From NCBI GenBank assembly GCA_030390025.1, contig CM059429.1, positions 145,328,001 through 145,392,000 of the forward strand: DNA of 64,000 nucleotides, written 5' to 3'. The notes under the pieces are model-generated. The model saw only the letters and a list, made by a program, of their open reading frames with translations. It was not told the origin of the DNA and searched no databases. Positions 11,021-24,600 of the stretch are shown piece by piece. A program made the position numbers and the translations under genes. This stretch comes from Squalus acanthias. Its lineage: Eukaryota. The stretch's first letter is position 1, and each line of letters opens with the position of its first letter.

Positions 11021-14000
11021 TTACGAGGTCTGGACGAGACGCTGCGGCGGTCTGATGGGCCGGCCGGAGCGGCTCTTGTAGGACGCCGGTGGACGTGGAA
11101 CGGCCGGGCGTGGAGCAGCCGGGTGAACTGGCTTGAGGGCAGGTCGGCTGCGTGGCGGTGGACGAGCTACAGGGACCTGCTCACCAGGCTCCGAGTGTGC
11201 TGGCTTGAGTCGGTCAACCGACACTTTTTCGGTCCTGTCGCCCACTTGCAGGGTGAAAAATTTGTCCCCAGCCTGTAGCACCTTGTAGGGCCTGTCGTAC
11301 GGGGGTTGAAGGGGTCCACGGTGGGCGTCGTGCCGGACGAAAATGAACCGTGCCTGGTGCAGGCTTAGTGGGACGTGTGAGGTGGATTCGCCGTGTCAGG
11401 CAATGGGCACCGGGGCGAACTGTAGCGCCGGTGAGGCGAAGTCGTGGCGTTGCTGGTCGGCTGATCAGGGTGTCGTGGCGGTGGGCAGGAACTCGCCGGG
11501 TACACGCAGCGGCTGACCGTACACGAGCTCTGCTGCCGATGCGCGGAGGTCTTCTTTAACCGCGGTGCGCAGGCCGAGGAGGACCCACGGAAGTTGGTCG
11601 GTCCAGGCGCCGTCCTGGAGGCTGGCTCGAAGAGATGCCTTCAAGGATTTGTGGAACCGCTCACACAGTCCGTTGGCTTGGGGGTGGTACGCTGTGGTGC
11701 GGTGAATGGTCACCCCGAGATTGCGTGCGACGGCAGTCCAGAGTTCAGAGGTAAATTGCGGACCTCTGTCCGACGTCATGTCGGAGGGGACACCGAACCG
11801 TGCGACCCAGGTGCTGACGAAGGCTCTGGCGATGTCGGCGGTGGTGGTAGAGGTCAGTGGAATTGCCTCGGGCCAGCGCGTGGTGCGGTCAATGATCGTC
11901 AGCAAGTGCGTGTGGCCTTGCGACAGCGGCAGGGGCCCGACGATGTCCACGTGGATGTGGTCGAATCTACGCGAAGGGACGGTAAACTCCTCGAGGGGTG
12001 CTTTCGTGTGTTGCTGCACCTTGGCCTGTTGGCAGGCTAGGCAGGAGTTGGCCCAAGTACACACATCCTTGCGAAGGCCGCGCCAGACAAAGCGGTTGGC
12101 TACCAATTTGATGGATGCGCGGGCGCCGGGTTGGGAGAGGTTGTGGAGAATGTCGAATACCCGGCGGCGCCAGGACGACGGGCCGAGGTTGACATAGGGA
12201 TATGTCACACTTGACCGTGACTGCGGTCGGGCCACAGGCGACATCGGCCAGGCGTAGCCCTGGAAGGTTGGTAGGTGCGGAGAGCAGATCAGGGTCGGTG
12301 ATCTGGTCTGCTGCGAGTTGAGCGTAGTCGACTGCCAGGTGTGCGGCGTGGATGGCGGGGCGGGAGAGGCAGTCGGCTACCACATTGTCTCAGCCGGAGA
12401 CGTGTTGGATGTCCGTGGTGAACTTGGACACTGCCGCGAGCTGGCGCTGCTGCCTGGCGGACCAGGGGTCGGTTGTCTTTGCCATCGCGAATGTCAGGGG
12501 TTTGTGGTCGACAAACGCAGTGAAGGGGTGGCCCTCCAGCAAAAACCGAAATTGGCGGACCGCCAGGAACAGCACGAGGAGCTCGCGGTCGAAGGTGCTG
12601 TACTTGACCTCCGTGGGGCGTAGTTGGCAGCTGAAGAAGGCAAGTGGTTGCCAGGCGCCGTCGACCCACTGCTCATACACGGCGCCGACCGCATGGTCGG
12701 AGGCGTCCGTGGTGAGCGCTACCCTGGCATTGGGCCATGGGTGCGCGAGTAGGGTGGCGTTGGTGAGCGCGGTCTTGGTGGAGTCGAAGGCAGCTGACGC
12801 GTCTGCCGTCCATTTGACCGCCATCTTGCCGCTCCTGCCCTGGAGGGCTTCATACAGGGGCCTCATGAGGGACGCCGCTTTGGGGATGTAGAAATTCACC
12901 ATCCCGAGGAACTCCTGGAGGTCTTTGATGGTGGTGGGGCGGGGAAATTGTTGGACGGCCTGCACCTTGGTGGGCAGGGGAATGGCCCCAGCATGGGTGA
13001 TGTGGTGGCCGAGGAAGTCGATCTTGTCCAGGCCGAACTGGCATTTGGCTGGGCTGAGGATGAGCCCGTGGTCGCTGAGGCGCTCGAACAGGATGCGAAG
13101 GTGTTTGAGGTGTTCCTGCTTGGAGGAACTGGCTACCAGGATGTCGTCCAGGTAGACGAACAGGAACTTCAGGTCCCGAAGGACCGAGTCCATGAGCCAT
13201 TGGAATGCCTGGGCCGCATTTTTGAGGACGAAGGGCATCCGCAGGAACTCGAAAAGGCCGAAGGGGGTGATTACGGCCATCTTGGGGACATCCGCGGGCT
13301 GGACGGGGACTTGGTGGTAGCCACGCACCAGGTCGACCTTGGAAAAGACTGAGCGGCCGGCCAGACTAGCCGAGAAGTTCTGGATGTACGGCACGGGGTA
13401 CCGATCAGGGGTGGTGGCGTCGTTGAGGCGGCGGTAATTCCTGCAGGGGCGCCAACCCCCGCCTGGTTTGGGGGCGATGTGGAGTGGGGAGGCCCAGGGA
13501 CTGTTGGAGCAGCGGATGATGCCGAGCTGTTCCATGGTGGCAAACTCGGTCCGCGCGAACTCCAGTTTGGCCGTGTCCAGCCTGCGGGCATGGGCGTACA
13601 CTGGGGGGCCTGTGGTGGGGATGAAGTGTTCCACCCCGTGTTTGGCGGCCTCCGCGGAGAAGGTTGGATTGGTAAGGGCCAGGAATTCGGCCAGGAGTGC
13701 CAAGTAGTCATCCGTGGCCCGGGCGTGGCACTGTGACGCCATGTCGGCGGGTTGACGGGGGGCCATGGCGTCCAGGATGGGGGACATGGTGTTCATGTCC
13801 ACGAGGTGGTGTCGAGGGATGTCTACCAGTAGGCCGTGGGCGCACAGGAAATCTGCGCCGATGAGAGGGGAGAGCACCTTGGCAGTGATGAACTCCCATC
13901 GGTAGCGGCGACCAGCGAGGTCGAGGGTGACTGTGTGGGTGCCGTACGTCCGGATTCCGAGCAGTTAACAGCAGCCAGCGCCGGTCCTCGTTTGCCCTTT

Positions 14001-14815
14001 TGGATGTTGAGGGCGGAGGCCGGGATGATGCTGTGCTGAGCTCCAGTGTCGCACAGGAACCGGCGGACGGTTTTGTCATCCGTGACGTACAGGAGGGAGC
14101 CCGCGTGGCCCACGGCCATCGCGGGGGCTGGTACGGGGACGGACTTGAAAGAGCAGGGAGGTGTGCACCGTTGTGCCCTGGTGCCGAACCGTGCATGGTA
14201 GTAACAGTGGCCCTGGTTAGTGGGGCGCGAAGGCCCCGTGAGCCCGGTGGCTGGGCCTTGTGGCCGCGTGGTGGCTGATGAGGGGCGCGCCCAGGCAGTG
14301 GCTGCCAGGTCCGGAGTGACGTCACAGCTGGAGTGAGCGGACAGCAGCTTGTCGGCCTCATCGGCCAGGGCTTCCAGGTCCGTGAGGCCGGACGCCACGA
14401 TCGCTGGGCGGATGCTGAGAGGTAGCTGGCGGATGAACAGCGTGCGGAAGAGGGATCCGGGTGGGCTCTCGTCGGTGAGGGAGAGCATGTGGGAGAGGAG
14501 GTCTGACGGTGAGGCATCACCGAGGCCTGGAAGGTCGAGGAGGTGGCAGTTTCGCTGCTATGTCGAGGCCGTAAATTTTTTAAGGAGCGCGGCCTTAAGA
14601 TGTGCATACTTGCCCTCCTCTGGTGGGTTCTGCAGCGCTGTCCAGACCTTCGTAACTGTGGAGCTACCAAGTGATGTGACGAGGTAGTCGTACTTCGTCC
14701 CATCTGTGGTGATGTGTCGCAGCCGGAATCGGGACTCGGCTTGGAGGAACCAGGCTTCGGGCTGGTTTTCCCAAAACTCCGGCAGTTTCACGGAAACTGC
14801 ATTCATATCCGCCAT
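11021..14815 (-). pseudogene. Gypsy gag-pol (gag, protease, RT, RNase H, integrase), several frameshifts
   Basis: ORF pieces 14558-14815, 13823-14488, 12390-13877, 11967-12383, 11465-12244 and 11021-11281 give the domains in Ty3/Gypsy order. Confidence 0.92.
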
Positions 14816-14840
14816 TGCAGTGCTCGGAATACGTTCTGAG

Positions 14841-14854
14841 CGTCGGGGTCACCA
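14841..14854 (-). promoter_or_regulatory. PBS complementary to tRNA-Trp
   Basis: - strand reads TGGTGACCCCGACG, 4 nt from the 5' LTR end. Confidence 0.9.
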
Positions 14855-14858
14855 ATAT

Positions 14859-15133
14859 TGTGGCTGCCGCAAAGCACGAATTGAGGCCGAGTCAATATGT
14901 GGAGCACATGGCTTTTAATTACATACTCCTTGGCAAAATGGCTGCTACAACTTCTCTCTGCAAAACCCTACTGGTTGAGGGCGACGCCCGCTCTTTTTAA
15001 GTTCACACTGAGGGCGACGCCCACTCCTTTTTTCATGCCTTAAAGGCAGCATGCGCCTTAAAGGCAAGGTGCCCGATTTATTGTCCGCGGACGGAAAAGT
15101 GGATTGCACCCGTTTAGGTGGCGATCCGCCACA
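14859..15133 (-). repeat. Gypsy 5' LTR
   Basis: About 6 substitutions versus 10726-11000 by eye (~98% identity). Confidence 0.95.
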
Positions 15134-15265
15134 ATGTCTTGCTATTTGAAACGTCTGACCCACCAACTGAACCGTCGAACTAACAATTTAGAGCTGGCAC
15201 GATGGATGCAAAATCGATAGTGAGAGGTCGAAATAGAGTTTTTCTCCCTCTCAAGGTGGGGAGTC

Positions 15266-16427
15266 TGTTAGAAATTAGGGGTATTTAAAATGTATATGGT
15301 TATGCGAATGAAATTATGACACGAATAATACTGTGTTTAGATGATTGTATTAGAACTTGAGACAAAAGTGTCTCTGCAGAATAGTATTAGAATAGCTGGA
15401 TAGATGCTTAGAACTTGCTTATGCTTTTGGTTCCCTGCGGATGTTATAACATTCTGCTTCCCAGGCTAGCTATCTGCTGTTTGTAAGTTAGGATTTCGAC
15501 TTTGTTTTATGTATCTTTGATTTGGCCAACCGAGGCCCAACGCCTACATTTCTTCCATTACTGCTAATAACCAGATTATAATGCTAAGTTAGGATTTTGA
15601 CTTTGTTTAACAAAGCTGCTTTAAAATGCATAAGTTAACCAGTGTATGAGAATAGAATAGATGATACCTTTGGGAATTTAATGATTCATTCCATGATACA
15701 ATAGTCTGATAAAGGAATGAAAATTAGTTTTGCACAGCTAAAGCTACATGAACAGCTTGAACATAAATAACTGATAACAAGCAGCTACGAACATCTGAAG
15801 GCCGAGAATGGCATGTCTGACTCCAAACTTGGGAGGGTAAGAAGGAAAGATAAGAAGAATTCAGATGGATGGGCTTTCAGAATGTATAAACAGGAAAGAC
15901 ATGTGAGAGAAGAGCATGAGACCCCTTAGGGGAGGGCTTTCATCTGAAAGTTAAGACAAAGAACTCGACATACCATTGGGCACCTTGGTTTAAGAGGAAC
16001 CCTTACAGGTTAAATGGTCTTGTTAATATTCAATCCCAGGCCCACCCCTAAAAAAGGGTATAAGAGAAAGACCTGAAAAGCCCTTAGCACAGATGGTGAA
16101 GTGGAGAGCTTCCAAGAGTGATCAATGGTCTAACACTCTTCCGAGGGTGGACCCATGCTGACCCTAGTTTAACACTCTTGGCAGTTCTAGAAGAGAGGGA
16201 AAAAGGCCTTAAGCCAAAGAGCTGTTCACGCACGCCAGCCATCTGTCCGATCGGGCCAGGTATCAGCTGCTTGTCACGGTCGTATGTTTTTGCTGTATAA
16301 CTGGTGTGTATATTCCATCTTAAACTCCAATTAAATGCAATATACCCACCATATTGGTTTGCACTCAATCCTGATTATTTGAAAGACCAGAGATAAGTGA
16401 ATATCAACAACTTGGCTAATCTCAACA
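15266..16427 (+). repeat. 3' LTR of ERV-like element (~1.16 kb)
   Basis: Starts TGTTA right after the PPT, ends TCAACA; TATAA near 16058 and ATTAAA near 16330. Confidence 0.85.
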
Positions 16428-17062
16428 AGAATCAGTTTGGGTGGAGCTAAGAACCAACACAGGGCAGAAAACATTGGTGGGAGTAGTTTATAGTCCCCCT
16501 AACATTAATTGTAGTGTTGGGAAGAGTATAAATCAGGAAATTAGAGGAGCATGTAACAAGGGTAATACAATAATCATGGGGGACTTTAATCTTCATATAG
16601 ACTGGGCAAACAAAATTTGCAGTAATAGTGTAGAGGACGAGTTCATGGAATGCATTCAAGATAGTTTTCCAGATCAGGATGTTGAGGAACCAGCTAGGTA
16701 ACAGGCTATTTTAGATCTAGTATTGTACAATGAGACAGGGTTAATAAATAACCTTGTAGTAAAGGGGCCTCTGGAAAAGAGTGATCATAATATGATAGAC
16801 TTTTATATTGAGTTTGAGAGTGATTTAGTTAAGTACAAAACTAGGGTCTTAAGTCTGAACAAAGCAAACTACTTAAGTATGAGGGGCAAGTTGGCTAAGG
16901 TAGATTGGGAAACTAAATTAAAAGATATGATGGTAGGTAAGCAATGGCAAACATTTAAAAGAATAATTCATAATTCTTAATGAATATACATTCCCTTAAG
17001 GAATAAAAATCCCACTGCAAAAGTAGTCCAACCATGACTAACAAGAGAAGTTAAAGATAGGA
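16428..17062 (+). mobile_element. CR1 endonuclease fragment (target of the ERV insertion)
   Basis: ESVWVELRT...GDFNLHIDW...SDHNMI begins immediately after the LTR end. Confidence 0.85.
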
Positions 17063-18782
17063 TTACACAGGATATACGGCACAGAAACAGGCCATTCGGC
17101 CCAACCAGTCCATGCCGGCGTTTATGTTCCACTCGAGCCTACTCCCATCTTTCCTCATCTAAATCTATCCACATAACCCTCTATTTCCCTTTTCCCTCAT
17201 ATGCTTGTCTAGTCTCCCCTTAAATGCATCTATACTATTAGCTTCAACCACTCCCTGTGGTAGTGAGTTCCACAATCTCACCACTCTCTGGATAAAGAAG
17301 TTTTTCTGAATTCCCTATTGGATTTCTTGGTCACTATCTTATATTGATGGCCTCTAGTTATGCTCTTCCCCACAAGTGGAAACATTCTCTCTGTATCTAT
17401 TTTATCAAAATTTTAAAGGCCTCCATTTGGTCACCCCTCAGCCTTCTTTTTTCAAGAGAAAAGAGACCCAGCCTGTTCATCGTTTCCTGATTTGTATACC
17501 CTTGCATTTCTGGTATCATCCTTGTAAATCTTCTCTGCACCCTCTCCAGTGCCCCTATATCCTTTTTATAATATGGCGACCAGAACTGTACGCAGTACTC
17601 TAAGTGTGGTCTAACCAAGGTTCGATACAGGTTTAGCATAACTTCCCTACTTTTCAATTCTATACCTCTAGAAATAAACCCTAGTGCTTGGCTTGCTTTT
17701 TTTTTTAATGGCCTTGCTAACCTGTGTCACAACGTTTAGTGATTTGTGTATTTGTACTCTTAGATCCCTTTGCTCCTCTACTCCACCTAGACTCTCACCC
17801 TCCAAGTGATAAGTGACCTCCCTATTCTTCCTACCAAAATGTAATACCTCACATTTATCTGTGTTGAACTTCATTTGCCAATTATATGCCCATTCTGCAA
17901 GTTTATTAATGTCCTCCTGTAACTTGTTGCAGTCCTCCTCAAAATTGACTATCCCCCCCAAATTGGTGTCATCGCAAATTTAGAAATTGTGTTTTTGATT
18001 CCTAAGTCTAAATCGTTAATGTAAATTGTGAACAGCAGTGGTCCTTCTGCCACTGTGAATAGCTACCCTTTACTCCTACTCTCTGCTTTCTGTCCTGAAG
18101 CCAGCCAGCAATCCAGTCTGCTACTTGTCTCCTGACTCCACATTCTCTGACTTTGTTTATCAGTCTATTATGGGGTACCTTATCGAAGGCCTTTTGAAAA
18201 TCCAGATAAATTACATCTACTGCATTACCATTGTCTACTCTCTTGTTACCTCTTCAAAAAATTCAATAAGGTTGGTCAAGCAAGACTTTCCCTTTTGAAA
18301 TCCACGTTGACTATTCATTATTATATTTTTGGTTTCTAGATGTTCTTCTATTTTCTCCTTTAGTAGGGATTCCATTATTTTTCCTACCACCGATGTTAAG
18401 CTGACTGGTCTATAATTCCCTGGACATGTTCTATCCCACTTCTTAAATATCGGTATTACGTTAGCTATCCGCCAATACTCTGGCACTATACCTTTTTCTA
18501 ATGAATTATTAAATATGCGTAGTAATGCCTCTGCTATTTCTTCTCTAGATTCTTTTAAAATGCGTGGACGCAATCCATCCGGACCAGAGGTTTTATCCTC
18601 TTTGAGTTTGATTAATTTATTTAATATATCCCCTTTTTTTATTTTAAATACGCTTATCTCATTACTAATCTCATCATCCAATGTCATGTCCACCTGTTCT
18701 ATCTCCCTGGTAAATACTGAAGCAAAATAATTATTTAATATTTCTGCTATCTCTCTATCGTTACCTGTGGTATTATCCTGAC

Positions 18783-18920
18783 AAAGGTTCTGACGAAGGG
18801 TCATCGATCTGAAACGTTAACTCTGTTTCTCTCTCTACAGATGCTGCCTGACCTGCTGAGTATTTCCAGCATTTCCTGTTTTTAATTTCAGATTTGCAGC
18901 ATCCACAGTATTTTGCTTTT
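18783..18920 (+). mobile_element. Short Penelope-type repeat with hammerhead motif, inserted in CR1
   Basis: 13-bp TSD GTATTATCCTGAC (18770-18782 / 18921-18933); same family at ~38060-38390 and ~62480-62590. Confidence 0.75.
18786..18822 (+). ncRNA. Minimal type I hammerhead ribozyme motif
   Basis: GGUU-CUGACGA-A-GGGUC AUC GAUCU-GAAA-CG-UU-AACU. Confidence 0.6.
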
Positions 18921-18989
18921 GTATTATCCTGACTATCCCTTAATGGCCCTATTCCCATCCCAACCTTCCTTTTTTTATTGATGTGAAGA

Positions 18990-19900
18990 GGAAGGGTTTT
19001 AAGGAGGTTTGTGAAGGCAGAAAGGGAGATAACAAGGTATAGATGTTGAGGGAGGAAGTTCCAGAGTGTGGAAAAATAATGGCTGAAGGAGCGGCTTCCC
19101 ATGGTGGAGTGGGGAATGAGAAGTAGACCTGTGTTTGAGGACTGGAAGTTGAGCATGGGTACATGTAGCTGGAGGACATCCCAGAGGTAGGGAGGGTCAA
19201 GGCCGTGGAGGAACTTGAGCATCTTAGTCCATTGTACAGGGAACGGGAAGTTAGTAGAGCGTGGGATGCAAGCCTTTGTATGGGTGAGAACAGGTGTGTG
19301 GCATTCTGGGTGACTTGTCACTTTTGAGGGGTGGGAAGTGGTGAAACCGGTAAGGAATACATAGGAGAAGTCCAGCCGCAAGCTGATAAAAATATGGATT
19401 AGGGTTTCAGTGACAAAGCTAACGCAGCAGAGATGATGTTTTGGAGGTGAAGGGAAGCAGTCTTGGTGACGGATTGAATGTGGGGGAGGAAGTGGAGCTC
19501 AGGATCGAACAATACCTCAAGGTTCTGCACATCTGGGTTTAGCCTGAGATGGCAGCTGAGAAGTCAAGGCCAGAGGCACACAGGTGTTTGCAGGTGATCA
19601 GAAAGGTAGCTTTGATTTTGTCAACCTTCAGCTGAAACAAGTTTCGGTCACCTAGATCTTGTCAGACAAGCAGTAGGAGTGGCAATGTCCGTGGCGGGTC
19701 AAAGGAGAAAGCATTGTTGTTGGCTTACCTGTGAAAGCTAATGCATTGCTTCTAGATGAGGTCACTGAGGAGAAGTATGTTAAAGAGGTAGAGAAAGAAG
19801 TCAAAAAAGAGGTATACTAGAAGTGACTGTGGGGGTATGGGAGAGGAAGCCACTGGAGGTGATGTAGTGTCTTGATGTGACTGGTAGAAGTGGAACCATT
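18990..19900 (-). mobile_element. Old L2-type LINE 3' fragment
   Basis: Degenerate translation ...GSRSFSHYFSTLWNFLPQHL...LLKT resembles an L2 ORF2 C-terminus; similar to 26720-27360. Confidence 0.55.
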
Positions 19901-20718
19901 ACAACAACTGCCATGAAACAGAGACGTCAACTTAGAAGAAAAGTTCTACTTTTGGCCTTCAAAGCAAAATGTGTTTATTGCACCAGATTATCAAAACATG
20001 GACGTTATTGTACAGGTGACATTTAAAGTTCCTGATATTTTGAACATCACCCAAATTTTCACAAAATATACAGCTGTGAACCAACAAGACCATAATAATT
20101 AGTCATGATGTTTGAGTGGCATTTACATGTTACTTTTGGTGTTTGAGATGCGAGAAACAAATTGGATTTAATTTTTTCTCAATATTGTACAAATACCTTT
20201 TCAACTGAAGCAGTTATATCGAAACTATCTTGCAGTGAAATCTACTTATTGAGTTACTGATGCCATCCTATCAGGGAAGGGCCAATCATTGCTTTTTTAA
20301 ATCATCTTGTCTGGCATTATGTATATTCAAACTTGAGTCAGACACCTTTGAATTCTGGTCTGAATTAGCCATTGTCAACTATGGTTGCAGCAAAGGTGTT
20401 ATAATTAGCTGCTGTGATCTAGGAAAGAGAAAATCAACCAGCGTATCAGCTCCTGTTAGCTACCAAGCAACTCTTACTGAAAAGTGTGCATATGTGGTTA
20501 TCAAGTGAGGATAGGCTGGCCTATAATGCCCCCTATGTCTGCATAGTCTGTCAACAGTAATTATCTGGGCCCACACATGAAGAACGTCCACTTTTGCAAG
20601 TTACGAGTGACTGGTGCTATGAATCTGTACACCAGTGGAAGCCAGCATCTTAAGGAAATTAGAAGGGGAGAACTATCTTTTAGTTAAGCTGCACACGATT
20701 ACATGTAATGAACACTAG

Positions 20719-21372
20719 GGCCTGTAATTTCCGATAGGAGGCTTCCTGCGTGCGGATGCCTCCTATCGGGAAAAAAATCTACGCCCTTACCTGAGGGCTC
20801 CCGAGGTCTGGTCTCTTCCGCTCCTGGGCCTCTCCTGGTGCGCGCGCAGAGGCCCAGGTATCCCAGGGGTGCAGGTGGTTCGTAAGCGTCCCTGGGATCA
20901 CGTGGGCCAGGCGAGCCAATGGGAGAAGGGAATCCCCCTTCATACTTTTGACAGGTAGACCCGTCAAAAGTTTGAATGGGGATCACTGAAAAAAGACATC
21001 AAAACATTAAATAAATTGAAAACATCACGTTTTTAAAATGAGTTAAAATTATATTAAATTAAATATTTTAAACAAAAATTTAATTAAAAACAAATAATTA
21101 AAGTTTTTTACGGGGCTAAAAATAAACTTACCTTTTTTAAAAGTATTTTAAAATTATAAATGAGTGAAAAAAAATATTTTTCACTTTTTTTAAAACTCTT
21201 ATGCTGGTAAAAGCAGGCCTTACGCTTTTACCAGGCGTAAGATTTTTAAGTGATTTCAGCAGGCAGATTGACAGATCGGAAGTGCCGGTTTCAGCGCATG
21301 CGCCGGCACTTGCAAGGTTCCTACGGGTGTGTACCGCTCATACACACCTGTAGGGATCGGAAATTACGGGCC
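20719..21372. mobile_element. Harbinger-type MITE
   Basis: 17-bp TIR GGCC(T/C)GTAATTTCCGAT, 3-bp TSD TAG. Confidence 0.85.
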
Positions 21373-21609
21373 TAGGTGTTGTAATTTCCCATTCAAACAG
21401 TTGGTATTTTTCCAACCTTAAAGCTGTTGACTGGAACTTAAACCATTCTAGGGTGTTTACCATATGGTACGTACCTTGCAACTCTTCAAATATCCGGAGC
21501 AAAATTATCACTAGTGATTAACTTTATACTGGATTGTAATAGATATTGCTTTCTCTTTTTTTTTTTAAATGCTCACTTTTATAAAAATTCTGATATTCTT
21601 TGGGTCATG

Positions 21610-24600
21610 GAGTCATAGATTTATACAGCACAGAAAGAGGCCCTTCAGCCTATCATGTCAGCACTGGCCATCCAGCCCTATCTATTCTAATCCCATTTTC
21701 CAGCACTTGGTCCGTAGCCTTGTATGCTATGGCATTTCAAGTGCTCATCTAAATGCTTCTTGAATGTTGTGAGGGTTCCTGCCTCTACCACCCTTTCAGG
21801 CAGTGAGTTCCAGATTCCAACCACCCTCTGGGTGAAAAAGTTTTTTCTCAAATCCCCTCTAAACCTCCTGCCCCTTACCTTGAAACTATGCCCCCTGGTT
21901 ATTGACCCCTCTACTAAGGGGAAAAGTTCCTTTCTATCTACCCTATCTATGCCCCTCATAATTTTGTACACCTCAATCAGGTCCCCCCCTCAGCCTTCTC
22001 TGCTCTAAGAAAAACAACCCCAGCCTGTCCAGTCTCTCTTCATAGCTGAAGTGCTCCAGCCCAGATAACATCCTGGTAATCTCCTCTGCACCCTCTCCAA
22101 TGCAATCACATCCTTCCTGTAGTGTGGCGACCAGAACTGCACACAATATTCCAGCTGTGGCCTAACTAGCGTTTTGTACAGTTCCATCATAACCTCCCTG
22201 CTCTTATATTCTATGCCTCGGCTAATGAAGGCAAGTATCCCATATGCCTTTTTAACCACCTTATCTACCTGTCCTGCTGCCTTCAGGGATCTATGTACAT
22301 GCACACCAAGGTCCCTCTGATCCTTTGTCCTTCCTAGGGTCCGACTATTCTTTGTGTATTCCCTTGCCTTGTTAGTCCTCCCAAAATGCATCACCTCACA
22401 CTTTTCAGGTTTAAATTCCATTTGCCACTGTTCTGCCCATCTGACCAACCCGTCTATATCGTCGTGTAGCCTGAGGCTTCCCTCCTCGCTATTTACCACT
22501 CCACCAATTTTCATGTCATCTGCGAACTTACTGATCATACCACCTACATTCATATCTAAATCATTAATGTACACTAGAAACAGCAAGGGACCCAGCACTG
22601 ATCCCTGCGGTACACCACTGGACACAGGCTTCCAGTCACAAAAACAACCTTCGACCATCACCCTCTGCCTCCTGCCACTAAGCCAATTTTGGATCCAATG
22701 TGCCAAATTGCCCTGGATCCCATGGGCTCTTACCTTCTTGACCAGTCTCCCATGCGGGACTTTGTCAAAAGCCTTACTGAAGTCCATGTAGACTACATCA
22801 ACTGCACTACCTCATCCACACACCTAGTCACCCCCTCGAAAAATTCAGTCAAATTGGTTAGACATGATCGCCCCCTGACAAAGCCATGCTGACTATCCTT
22901 GATTAATCCTTGCCTCTCCAAGTGGAGATTAATTCTGTCCCACAGAATTTCTTCCAATAATTTCCCTACCACTGATGTTAGGCTCACTGGCCTGTAATTC
23001 CCTGGTTTATCCCTACTACCCTTCTTAATAATGGTACGACGTTAGTTGTCCTCCAGTGTTCTGGCACCTCCCCTGTGGCCAGAGAGGTTCTGAAAATTTG
23101 TGTCAGAGCCCCTGCAATCTCTTCTCTTGCCTCACACAGCAACCTGGGATACATCTCGTCTGGGTCTGGGGATTTGTCCACTTTTAAGCCCGCTAAAACC
23201 GCTAGTACCTCCTCCCTCTCAATACTGGCCCTGAAATTCGCCTCTCCTGCTTGCCGCGGGGGTAAGGATCGCGCGCGCACGTACCTACCGCGCCTGCCGT
23301 TGACCTCTGGGCCCACGGGAACTTCAGCTCCTGGGCCTGCTCCAAGTGCCGGCGCGCAGTGCTTGCGTGTCCCAGGGGCGCAGTTAGTGCGATGCGTCCC
23401 CTGGGATCACATGGGCCATGGAGAGCCAATGGCAGCAGACCATCTTTCATTCATAGATTTGACAGGACTGTCAAATCTATGAATTGAAATCGGCTCCAAA
23501 AGAACAGCTAAACTTAAAATAAATTTAAAAAAAATCACATTTATAAAATAACTATAAGTTAAATAAATTAACTACTTTAAACAAAAATTTAATTTTTTGA
23601 AAAAATTAAAATACCTTTCAACAGTGCTAAAAATAAACTAACCTTTCTTTAAAGTATCTAAAAAAGATAAACCTGTTGAAAAAATGTTTAAATTATACTT
23701 AATTAACCACTTACCTTGTTGAAAACGGGTCCTGCGCCTCCTTTTTAAAAGCGTAGGTTCTTCAATACTTACCCTCCCGTAGAAACCTGAAAAAAAACCT
23801 AAGTGTGCTGCGTGCGCGCAGCCTCTACCGCGCACGCGGTTCACCTATGAACCGCCCCCTTCACCAGACCAGAAGTTCCGATTTCCCGCGCATGCAGGAA
23901 ACTGGCACTTCAGGACGCCTTACGGGTGAGTACACAGTGCGTACTCACCCGGGAAGGGCCGAATTTTTGGCCCACTAATTTGTTCAAGTATGTCACAATC
24001 CCCCTGCCTGATTTCTATGCCTACATCGTCCTTCTCCATAGTGAACACAGATGCAAAATATTCATTTAAAACCTCACCCACATCTTCCGGCTCTACACAC
24101 AGATTGCCACTTTGGTCCCTACTCTTTCCCTGGTTATCCTCTTGTCCTTAATATACTTATAAAACACCTTGGGATTTTCCTTTATTTTGCCCGCCAGTGT
24201 TTTTTCATGCCCCCTCTTCGCTCTCCTAATTTCTTTTTTAAGTACCTCCCTGCACTTTCTATACTCCTCTAGGGCTTCCACTGTTTTTAGTCCTTTGTAT
24301 CTGCCAAAAGCCTCCCTTTTTTTCCTAATCCATTCTTGTATATTCCTTGACATACAGGGTTCCCTGGGCTTGTTGGTCCCACCCTTGACCTTTACAGGAA
24401 CATGTTGGCGTTGTACTCTCTCTATTTCCTTTCTGAAAGACTCCCACTGCTCTGATGTGGATTTTCCTACAAGTAGCTTATCCCAATCCACTTTGGCCAG
24501 ATCCTGCCTTATCATATTAAAATCGTCCTTCCCACAATTTAAAACCTTTATTTCCGGTCCATCTTTGTCCTTTTCCATGACTACCTTAAATCTCACAGAA

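Larger units (their letters stand above)
10723..15133 (-). mobile_element. Ty3/Gypsy LTR retrotransposon, CsRn1-like lineage, full length with frameshifts
   Basis: 275-bp LTRs, tRNA-Trp PBS, PPT, gag with CHCC motif (CYYHARFG..CTPPC), protease (LCDTGA), RT (YLDD), RNase H (TDAS), integrase (HVDIVGP, SDRG, ERFH). Confidence 0.95.
1..16427 (+). mobile_element. Decayed, apparently non-autonomous ERV-like LTR element carrying nested insertions
   Basis: Two related LTRs in the same orientation, PBS after the first, purine-rich PPT (AAGGTGGGGAG, ~15253-15263) before the second, env-like remnant internally. No RT/integrase motifs seen in its own sequence. Confidence 0.75.
17063..18985 (-). mobile_element. 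CR1 RT 3' fragment
   Basis: GPDG, YRPVSLTS, GFQKGKSC and RPHLEYCVQFWSP motifs; degenerate. Confidence 0.88.

Noticed and set aside
11000-14860. GC-rich block as bacterial contamination; many overlapping ORFs on both strands
   Set aside because: It is Gypsy gag-pol between LTRs; the extra ORFs are GC-rich shadow frames.
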